Source: Macrostomum lignano (lineage: Eukaryota). Taken from it: a stretch of 64,000 nt of DNA. Both the position numbers and the translations under genes were made by a program. This document shows positions 23,401 to 33,212 of the stretch, one piece after another; the stretch's first letter is position 1; each line of letters begins with the position of its first letter. The stretch is from positions 1 to 64,000 of the forward strand of contig NIVC01002476.1 in assembly GCA_002269645.1 (NCBI GenBank), in the 5' to 3' direction. A model generated the notes under the pieces. That model was not told where the DNA came from and ran no database searches. It was given only the letters and a program-made list of their open reading frames with translations.

Positions 23401-26400
23401 AATGTAGCTTGTGGTTTCCTAATGTAGCTTGTGGTTTCCTAATGTGGCTTGTGGTTTCCTAATGTAGCTTGTGGTTTCCTAATGTAGCTTGTGGTTTCCT
23501 AATGTAGCTTGTGGTTTCCTAATGTAGCTTGTGGTTTCCTAATGTAGCTTGTGGTTTCCTAATGTAGCTTGTGGTTTCCTAATGTGGCTTGTGGTTTCCT
23601 AATGTAGCTTGTGGTTTCCTAATGTAGCTTGTGGTTTCCTAATGTAGCTTGTGGTTTCCTAATGTAGCTTGTGGTTTCCTAATGTAGCTTGTGGTTTCCT
23701 AATGTGGCTTGTGGTTTCCTAATGTGGCTTGTGGTTTCCTAATGTAGCTTGTGGTTTCCTAATGTAGCTTGTGGTTTCCTAATGTAGCTTGTGGTTTCCT
23801 AATAGCTTGTGGTTTCCTAATGTGGCTTGTGGTTTCCTAATGTAGCTTGTGGTTTCCTAATGTAGCTTGTGGTTTCCTAATGTAGCTTGTGGTTTCCTAA
23901 TGTAGCTTGTGGTTTCCTAATGTAGCTTGTGGTTTCCTAATGTAGCTTGTGGTTTCCTAATGTGCTTGTGGTTTCCTAATGTGCTTGTGGTTTCCTAATG
24001 TAGCTTGTGGTTTCCTAATGTAGCTTGTGGTTTCCTAATATAGCTTGTGGTTTCCTAATGTAGCTTGTGGTTTCCTAATGTAGCTTGTGGTTTCCTAATG
24101 TAGCTTGTGGTTTCCTAATGTAGCTTGTGGTTTCCTAATGTAGCTTGTGGTTTCCTAATGTAGCTTGTGGTTTCCTAATGTAGCTTGTGGTTTCCTAATG
24201 TAGCTTGTGGTTTCCTAATGTAGCTTGTGGTTTCCTAATGTAGCTTGTGGTTTCCTAATGTAGCTTGTGGTTTCCTAATGTAGCTTGTGGTTTCCTAATG
24301 TAGCTTGTGGTTTCCTAATGTAGCTTGTGGTTTCCTAACGTAGCTTGTGGTTTCCTAATGTAGCTTGTGGTTTCCTAATGTAGCTTGTGGTTTCCTAACG
24401 TAGCTTGTGGTTTCCTAATGTGCTTGTGGTTTCCTAATGTAGCTTGTGGTTTCCTAACGTAGCTTGTGGTTTCCTAATGTAGCTTGTGGTTTCCTAATAT
24501 AGCTTGTGGTTTCCTAATGTAGCTTGTGGTTTCCTAATGTAGCTTGTGGTTTCCTAATGTAGCTTGTGGTTTCCTAATGTAGCTTGTGGTTTCCTAATGT
24601 AGCTTGTGGTTTCCTAATGTAGCTTGTGGTTTCCTAATGTAGCTTGTGGTTTCCTAACGTAGCTTGTGGTTTCCTAATGTAGCTTGTGGTTTCCTAATGT
24701 AGCTTGTGGTTTCCTAATGTAGCTTGTGGTTTCCTAATGTAGCTTGTGGTTTCCTAATGTAGCTTGTGGTTTCCTAATGTGGCTTGTGGTTTCCTAATGT
24801 AGCTTGTGGTTTCCTAATGTGGCTTGTGGTTTCCTAATGTGGCTTGTGGTTTCCTAATGTAGCTTGTGGTTTCCTAATGTGGCTTGTGGTTTCCTAATGT
24901 AGATTGTGGTTTCCTAATGTAGCTTGTGGTTTCCTAATGTAGCTTGTGGTTTCCTAATGTAGATTGTGGTTTCCTAATGTAGCTAGTGGGTTTCCTAATA
25001 TAGTTTGTGGTTTCCTAATGTAGCTTGTGGTTTCGTAATGTGGCTTGTGGTTTCCTAATGTAGCTTGTGGTTTCCTAATGTAGATTGTGGTTTCCTAATG
25101 TAGCTAGTGGGTTTCCTAATATAGTTTGTGGTTTCCTAATGTAGCTTGTGGTTTCGTAATGTGGCTTGTGGTTTCCTAATGTAGCTTGTGGTTTCCTAAT
25201 GTAGCTAGTGGGTTTCGTAATGTAGCTAGTGGTTTCCTAATGTAGCTTGTGGTTTCGTAATGTAGCTAGTGGGTTTCCTAATGTAGCTAGTGGGTTTCCT
25301 AATGTAGCTTGTGGTTTCCTAATGTAGATTGTGGTTTCCTAATGTAGCACGTGGTTTCCTAATGTAGCTTGTGGTTTCCTAATATAGCTTGTGGTTTCCT
25401 AATGTAGATTGTGGTTTCCTAATATAGCTTGTGGTTTCCTAATGTAGCTTGTGGTTTCCTAATGTAGCTTGTGGTTTCCTAATGTAGATTGTGGTTTCCT
25501 AATGTAGCACGTGGTTTCCTAATGTGGCTTGTGGTTTCCTAATGTAGCTTGTGGTTTCCTAATGTAGCTTGTGGTTTCCTAATGTAGCTTGTGGTTTCCT
25601 AATGTGGCTTGTGGTTTCCTAATGTGGCTTGTGGTTTCCTAATGTGGCTTGTGGTTTCCTAATGTAGCTTGTGGTTTCCTAACGTAGCTTGTGGTTTCCT
25701 AATGTAGCTTGTGGTTTCCTAATGTAGCTGGTGGTTTCCTAACGTAGCTTGTGGTTTCCTAATGTAGCTTGTGGTTTCCTAATGTAGCTTGTGGTTTCCT
25801 AATGTAGCTTGTGGTTTCCTAATGTGGCTTGTGGTTTCCTAATGTGGCCTGTGGTTTCCTAATATAGCTTGTGGTTTCCTAATGTAGCTTGTGGTTTCCT
25901 AATGTGGCTTGTGGTTTCCTAATGTAGCTTGTGGTTTCCTAATGTGGCTTGTGGTTTCCTAATGTGGCTTGTGGTTTCCTAATGTAGCTTGTGGTTTCCT
26001 AATATAGCTTGTGGTTTCCTAATGTAGCTTGTGGTTTCCTAATGTAGCTTGTGCTTTCTTGATGTAGCTGGTGGTTTCCTAATGTAGCTAATATAACCTA
26101 ATGTAACCGCCAACCAGAGGTGAGCTGCGACACTGACATCCTGATTCCCAAGACTGCCGCTGGACTCGCCATGCTAGAATCGCTGAACTACAAATCGAAC
26201 GCCGTCATCAGCTTCGACAATGGCACCGTTGTGAACACAAACGCTAGCAGTGTCAACAATCAGGAGCTGATGCCGTACAAGACTGTGCTGACCTTCTTTT
26301 GTCAAGATGGCATGGACACTGGCACTGGGGCGCCCATCGCTCTCTGCCGGAGCAGCGGCGACTGGAATCTCTCTAGCCTGCCAACCTGCACCAGTGAGAG

Positions 26401-26804
26401 CTACTGCTGCCACCCACCCCTCCTCCTCACTCTGCACCGCACCCACCCCTCCTCCTCATTCTGCGCCGCACCCACCCCTCCTCCTCCTCACCCTCCTCCG
26501 TACCCACCCCTCTGTACACTGCATTTTTAATCAATGTTTTGACTCTCCGCTCTCCCAACTTTTGTTTTCAGAAGTCTCCGGCAAATTGGACGTGCGCGGT
26601 AAATTTTTCGTGCCGCCAGCCGTGGAGGCGGCCGCCGCTGGTTCAGTGGGCGCTTTGGCCATCACCATTTCTGTGCTGTTTGGCATCAGCCTGCTCATGC
26701 TGGACCTGTCAACTCTGTCCAGAGATCTGGCCTTGATGAAGCGAAATCTCACTAATTTGAAACGGCGACTGGATGCTAGGCGTCTGCAAGCTAACAAGCC
26801 TTGA
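11459..26804 (+). CDS. Sushi/CCP-domain type-I membrane protein, 5'-incomplete; exons 11459-11698, 12050-12337, 26118-26393, 26572-26804
   Basis: Three phase 1-1 exons each encode a 4-Cys + Trp CCP-like module (IRC..VTCNRGY..VEC..GEW..TCQ; VKCPD..IKCSTPGY..IGC..GAW..QCI; VSC..FFCQDG..LCRSSGDW..PTCT). Donors GTAAGT, GTGAGT, GTGAGA; acceptors CAG. The last exon encodes a TM helix (GALAITISVLFGISLLMLD) and a basic tail ending at TGA 26802-04. The frame is continuous across all junctions. The first acceptor (11458) is the least certain. Confidence 0.85.
12358..26090. repeat. 20-bp minisatellite (GTAGCTTGTGGTTTCCTAAT)n, ~685 copies, 13.7 kb, intronic
   Basis: Directly visible. Near-perfect core at ~18240-22150 with variant-rich flanks. 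Confidence 0.99.
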
Positions 26805-26951
26805 CTAGTTGACATTTTATCGTTCATTTATTAACTAATAACTTAAATTAAGTAAATTAAATAAATAAGTAAATAAATTAAGGTTTACTGCCCTCAGTTT
26901 AACTGCTAATTTTTAACAGAAATACGATGTATCACTTTCTTGCGATGTATA

Positions 26952-27520
26952 CTTTGATTGTCTATGGTCGAGTGCAGTTGTGTAGCAGTGGCTTTGATTG
27001 ACTTTATTGTCTATGGCCGAGTGCAGTTCTGTAGCAGTGGCTTTGATTGGCTTTATTGTCTATGGCCGAGTGCAGTTCTGTAGTAGTGGCTTTGATTGGC
27101 TTTATTGTCTATGGCCGAGTGCAGTTCTGTAGCAGTGGCTTTGATTGGCTTTATTGTCTATGGCCGAGTCCAGTTCTGTGGCAGTGGCTTTGATTGGCTT
27201 TATTGTCTATGGCCGAGTGCAGCTCTCCAGCAGTGGCTTTGATTGTCTTTATTGTCTATGGCCGAGTGCAGCTCTCCAGCAGTGGCTTTGATTGGCTTTA
27301 TTGTCTATGGCCGAGTGCAGCTCTCTAGCAGTGGCTTTGATTGGCTTTATTGTCTATGGCCGAGTGCAGCTCTCCAGCAGTGGCTTTGATTGGCTTTATT
27401 GTCTATGGCCGAGTGCAGCTCTCCAGCAGTGGCTTTGATTGTCTTTATTGTCTATGGCCGAGTGCAGCTCTCCAGCAGTGGCTTTGATTGGCTTTATTGT
27501 CTATGGCCGGGTTCAGTTCT
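26952..27520. repeat. 49-bp tandem repeat (~11.5 copies) downstream of the CCP gene stop
   Basis: TGTCTATGGCCGAGTGCAG(T/C)TCT..AGCAGTGGCTTTGATTGGCTTTAT; copies start at 26959 and 27008. Confidence 0.95.
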
Positions 27521-28350
27521 GTGACAGCTGCTCAATGTTTTGGGAAATTTTATAATTTAGCACCATTTTAAAATTGAACGGAGCAATCTCTGGCACGATG
27601 TACTTTTTTATCATGGCAGAGTTTTAAGACCAGAGCAATATTTAGTTTACACTGACCGACAATCTACGTACAGGTTAACTATCTACTAAAACTTTTGAAT
27701 GTCAGATTTAGACAATTCTATGCACTCCTCTAATTTCTCGAACCTAATCATTTTTAGCACACGTGACTTAATTTTGTTTATCTTCTTCTCTCGCAAGTAC
27801 TACGGTACCCTCGTAAGTAGAAACAAACAATTGTCAAACTTTCCAGCGTATTTTAAAAATTTCGATAAGAACTCGAAAATCTGGGTTTTTTTCTTAGTTT
27901 TTTCATCAGTTTAAGTAGCAAAAAGATATAGCAAGCGAGCCTCTATAGGTAAAGAGACATTCTACAAGAGATTTCTGGAAGAAAAGATTTACCTACAGCT
28001 AGCTACCGCCCCTATCTCATTGCGCAGTGCGACGTAATTCTTGTTGTATATAGGAGTAGTTGGCAATAATTTTAGGTGAAAAAGACACACCTTCTGTGCA
28101 GGCTGGTCAATTTACCTGCACCTACAGAGACCTGTCTATAAAACATGTAGCTATCTTTCTGTAGTCTCTCCTAGTGGCAGCAAGTATTCGCATTCCACTT
28201 GCCTCAAACGACCCTGCAACTTATAGAATTCGCATTTGATCTTTTTGATAAGAGAATACATGTGTGCAACACTTCAGGTAGAATTTTAGGGCTTATATAG
28301 ACTCGTGATACACAGAATTTCCTGCTTTGCATTGCCTGTACTGTCGGACT

Positions 28351-31300
28351 ATGTCGGACTTCATCAACTGTTTGATCGTATCTGAGGAGGATTTGCTGTG
28401 CAATGGCACCGAGTATCACCTTGCGGATCACAAGGCCACGCCAGAGGACGCGTTGTTCTGGATTTACTTGGGCATTTATGCTCTGCTAGTACTCGGAGCT
28501 GGTAAGTTGCGCGTCTGATTGAGTCTGTTTCGTCTTTCATTTTTTTCAGTTTCTCTGTAGAAGCATTGTGCTCGTATAATATGCGTCTACGACATATAAT
28601 GAAATACTGATTGACCTTCGAGCATCTGACCTAACCTGTCTTTGAGCATCTGATCCAACCTGTCTTTGAGCATCTGACCTAACCTGTCCTTGAGCATCTG
28701 ACCTAACCTGTCTTTGAGCATCTGACCTAACCTGTCTTTGAGCATCTGATCCAACCTGTCTTTGAGCATCTGACCTAACCTGTCCTTGAGCATCTGACCT
28801 AACCTGTCTTTGAGCATCTGACCTAACCTGTCTTTGAGCATCTGATCCAACCTGTCTTTGAGCATCTGACCTAACCTGTCTTTGAGCATCTGACCCAACC
28901 TGTCTTTGAGCATCTGACCCAACCTGTCTTTGAGCATCTGACCTAACCTGTCTTTGAGCATCTGATCCAACCTGTCTTTGAGCATCTGACCTAACCTGTC
29001 TTTGAGCATCTGACCTGTTTTTGCTCATTCTAGCTATCTTAGAACATTTGCCTAAACTCATCTTTGAGAATTTCACCACTTGTCATAAACTGTCTTTGAG
29101 CATCTGTCCAATGTGTTAAGTGATTAAACGTTTTAACTACGCCAAGTACAGAAAGCGCTCTCGACTCTGAAACACAGGTCTCTTAGTACTCTCACTGGTA
29201 ACCCATATGCTTTTGCAACTCTTACCTGCAACCGAACACTCAAATACAGGCCTAATGAGCGGCCTAACCATAGGCCTGTTAAGTCTCGACCTGCTCAGCT
29301 TAAAAGTGCTCAGCGATTCTGGCACAGGCGAGACGAAACGTTTTGCCAAGCGTCTGTTCCCCATCATCAGACAGCATCACTGGCTGCTGGTGACTCTGTT
29401 GCTAGGCAACGCGGCTTGCGTTGAAGCAATGCCGATATTTTTAGATCGGGTTTCCGATCCAGTGACTGCTGTCCTTGTCTCCGTCACGGCTGTACTGTTT
29501 TTTGGAGAGTGAGTTTCGCTTTCTATTTTTGCTACTGCCAGTAGTTATATATTGTTGAAATATTAAAGTGTAGGAAATTTGTCGACTTTTTCAGAGTCAT
29601 TCCACAAGCTCTGTGCACCAGATACGGATTGAAGATCGGGTACTATTGCTCTCCGTGAGTTGAACGCGTCTATGCGCTTGCCTTTTACACTGTACGTGAC
29701 AGGCAGGGCCAATCCCAAAAGCAACGGGTGTGTTCAGGTCTGACGATCTTAAAGTCAAGGTTAGGGTTAGGGGTTAGGCAAATCGTCATCATCAGGGCAT
29801 GCCACAATCGTCACAACAAACCATAAATTTATAAACTAAAACAGAATCAAGGCGATAGACAAATAGCTTTAATGCTCACAGCACTCTGATTTGGTGTTCC
29901 ACCCCACCGCTAGCAAGCTGCACATTCAAATTAATGTTCGAAACTTAATAATTCCATAAAACCATCCATCCAACCATCCATACAACCATCCATCCAACCA
30001 TCCATCTAACCATCCATCCAAGCATACATCCATCCAACCATACATCCATCCAACCATCCATCCAACCATACATCCAACCATACATCCAACCATCCGTCCA
30101 ACCATACATCCAACCATCCATCCAATCATCCATCCAACCATCCATCCAACCATCCATCCAACCATCCATCCAACCATACATCCAACCATCCATCCAACCA
30201 TCCATCCAACCATCCATCCAACCATCCATCTAACTATCCGTTTAACACTTTGAACAGCTGCATCGTGTGGTTGTCACAACACGCAGTGCAATCTAACAAG
30301 CAAGGGCTCTCTTGTTCTTGTGTGAAGGTGTCGCTTAGTTTTTCTTATGTAGGAAACGCTCTGATCAACAGAGCAACGGAATTCGTGAACCATCTAACGT
30401 AATAGTTCAACCAATATTAAAACCTGCTCAAAAACCGTCTCACCCTCCAGCATAGTGTACGTCTGCATGGCCGTGATGTCCCCGATTGCGTTTCCCATAT
30501 CCAAACTGCTCGACTGCATTCTGGGTACCGACCACGAGACCGTGTTCAAACGCGAAGAGCTCAAATCTCTGGTCAGTTTCCATGGCCCGGAGACTCGCAG
30601 ACAGCCGCTTAGCGGCCGGATGTCTGCGCGGTCTCGGACGAGCTCGCTGGTGTCCAACGCGACTGCAGGGGCCGGCGAGTTGACATCGGCGGGCAGTGGT
30701 GACAACCCGAGTGACCAGCACAGACGGTCGGTGCTGACAAGAGACGAGGTAAGTATTGTTTAGTACCTCTGAATAAAATGTATCGATGGTGTCAAAGCAA
30801 TAAGTAAGTTGCAATTTTTTAAAGACCATCAGGGCAAGCCAATTGACCTGCTTCTTATTGATTGGCTTTCTACATTGAGTTTCTTACCAGGAAACTGTTA
30901 TCCAGCCATTGTTTTGCTACCAAAGCAAAAACTCGCACAAAACTCAACGATTTTACAATAGAGGTCCTCCGATGTTCCCATTCCCCATTTACACACGAGG
31001 TGTGAGTGTAGATAACAATTGCAGTAAAAATCTCGCAGACAACTATTTTTCACAGACAACTTCTTACGTGTTTTGGCCTTAGATCAGATGACTTTTACTT
31101 GGCTGTACGACCTTATCCGTGCATTATTTGCACAATCTGTCAGTGGCGTATGCAGGAATTTTAATTAAAAGGGCCGCTAACCCAAAGAAGCGCCAATATT
31201 TGGTTTATTGGTGGGGGCGCTTCTGTCTCTTGGTGAGCGCCCACTGTCTCTTGGTGAGCGCCCACTGTCTCTTGGTGAGCGCCCACTGTCTCTTGGTGAG

Positions 31301-33212
31301 CGCCCACTGTCTCTTGGTTGGCGCCTGTCTCTTGGTTAGCGCCTTTACCCCTGTCTCTTGGTTAGCGCCTTTACCCCTGTCTCTTGGTTAGCGCCTTTAC
31401 CCCTGTCTCTTGGTTAGCGCCTTTACCCCTGTCTCTTGGTTAGCGCCTTTACCCCTGTCTCTTGGTTAGCGCCTTTACCCCTGTCTCTTGGTTAGCGCTT
31501 TTACCCCTGTCTCTTGGTTGGCGCCTTTACCCCTGTCTCTTGGTTAGCGCCTTTACCCCTGTCTCTTGGTTAGCGCCTTTACCCCTGTCTCTTGGTTGGC
31601 GCCTTTACCCCTGTCTCTTGGTTAGCGCCTTTACCCCTGTCTCTTGGTTGGCGCCTTTACCCCTGTCTCTTGGTTGGCGCTTTTACCCCTGTCTCTTGGT
31701 TAGCGCTTTTACCCCTGTCTCTTGGTTGGCGCCTTTACCCCTGTCTCTTGGTTAGCGCCTTTACCCCTGTCTCTTGGTTAGCGCCTTTACCCCTGTCTCT
31801 TGGTTGGCGCCTTTACCCCTGTCTCTTGGTTAGCGCCTTTACCCCTGTCTCTTGGTTGGCGCCTTTACCCCTGTCTCTTGGTTGGCGCTTTTACCCCTGT
31901 CTCTTGGTTGGCGCTTTTACCCCTGTCTCTTGGTTGGCGCCTTCACCCCTGTCTCTTGTGCCGGTGGACGCGGCGTCCAAGAGGTGGCAAAAGTCGAGCT
32001 CCGGTTATTCGTCGAGTTTGCGTGGTCACCTTTTTTCGTTTAGTTTTTGCAAGAGCGTAATTTTTGTGAGGACGATTGCGGAGGGTCACGGCTCCTTGCC
32101 CCCCCCCTCTGCGTACGCCATTGCAATCTGACATTTGTCCTACTCTCGGATTGAATGCATAGCTACATGTAGCTCGCATGCATGAATGTACATGTGCGTA
32201 GTATACAATAAGTGTGTGTGTGTCTACGTACGCATCCATACTCAGAGGGTAAGTGGAATGAGCTTACTCTGCTTTGCCTCCTCGCTAAATACAGTTCGAC
32301 TCGCTTTGCCTCGAGTTGCCTCAGCATCTGAAAGCCCCATTGCGAGTAAAATTCTACGAGTACACTCTCCATTTGTTCTGCATGGCTTTAAACATTCGAT
32401 TCTCCAACTCCCCAAGGTAACCATCATCCGGGGCGCTCTGGAACTCACCAGCGTCACAGCTGGAGACGCCTGCACTCCTATCGAGAAGGTGTTCATGCTG
32501 TCTGATGAGCTCACATTGGACTCAAACACTCGACAGCGGATCATGCAGAGTGCTCACTCTAGAGTGCCAGTTTATCACGGCGAAAATCGCGGCGACATTC
32601 GCGGTCACCTTCTCGTGAAGATGCTGCTGCTGTTTGAGTCGCCCGCCAGCCCATCGATGCAGGAGCTCATGACCAACAGGAAGTGCTTCCGGGAGATGCC
32701 GTTCGTGAAGAGCAGCGCTCAGCTATACGATTTGTTGAGAATTTTTCAACTAGGAAAGAGTTGAGTACCTGTGAATTTCTGCATTTTCTTTAATTTGTTG
32801 TGATTTTTAGGCGATGAGAACCAGTTTAGTAATTCGAATCTTTCCTAATCCTATTCAACTAGGTCACATGGCTGTCGTCCTTGACAACAACTCGTCCTCG
32901 CCAGATGGCGTTCGAGGCATCATCACACTAGAGAATGTGCTCGAAAAACTTCTACTCGATGCTATTCAAGACGAAGCTGACAATCTTCGAGAGGAGTTCA
33001 GCCAAAGCGAGGGTCACATGACACTACTAAATTCGCAGCGACAGATTTATAGCAATGGTTTCCAAGTAAACCGCGAGGTAAACAGCCTTTCGGTTGCTAG
33101 GCCTGTTGCTAGGGCGTTGGAAGCAGACGGAAGCGACTCTGTGCAAGTGGAAGTGAAGACGACGAGAGACACGGAGCGAACTCCCCTGCTGATGGATCGG
33201 AAAATTTCCTGA
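28351..33212 (+). CDS. DUF21 (CNNM TM) + CBS-pair metal transporter, short Mam3/plant-DUF21-like architecture, ~486 aa; exons 28351-28501, 29250-29508, 29595-29654, 30451-30748, 32417-32759, 32863-33212
   Basis: Family motifs: [111 protein letters not shown]. All five introns are GT-AG with matching phases (1,2,2,0,1). The joined CDS is 1461 nt (487 codons including stop). Confidence 0.93.
28620..29015. repeat. 24-bp minisatellite in CNNM intron 1 (~16 copies)
   Basis: GAGCATCTGACCTAACCTGTCTTT with ATCC/ACCC variants; source of ORFs 28546-29079 and 28587-29009. Confidence 0.97.
29961..30232. repeat. (CCAT/CCAA)n compound microsatellite in CNNM intron 3
   Basis: Repeats of CCATCCATCCAA-type 12-mers. 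Confidence 0.95.
31141..32123. mobile_element. Non-autonomous hAT-type DNA transposon (MITE) in CNNM intron 4
   Basis: Left end CAGTGGCGTATGCAG and right end CTGCGTACGCCATTG form a 15-bp TIR with 2 mismatches. Flanked by CAATCTGT (31133-40) and CAATCTGA (32124-31), an 8-bp TSD at 7/8 identity, the hAT signature length. Subterminal poly-C. No coding capacity. Confidence 0.85.
31222..31958. repeat. 21-bp then 26-bp minisatellite inside the MITE
   Basis: CTGTCTCTTGGTGAGCGCCCA x~4 grading into CTGTCTCTTGGTTAGCGCCTTTACCC x~24. Confidence 0.95.

Noticed and set aside
29759-29778. GGTTAGGGTTAGGGGTTAGG telomere-like tract
   Set aside because: Only ~3 units, and such tracts are common in invertebrate interspersed repeats; not evidence of a fusion site.
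30782-30796. 15-bp match ATCGATGGTGTCAAA shared with 43162-43176 (RT fragment)
   Set aside because: No extension on either side; probably chance.
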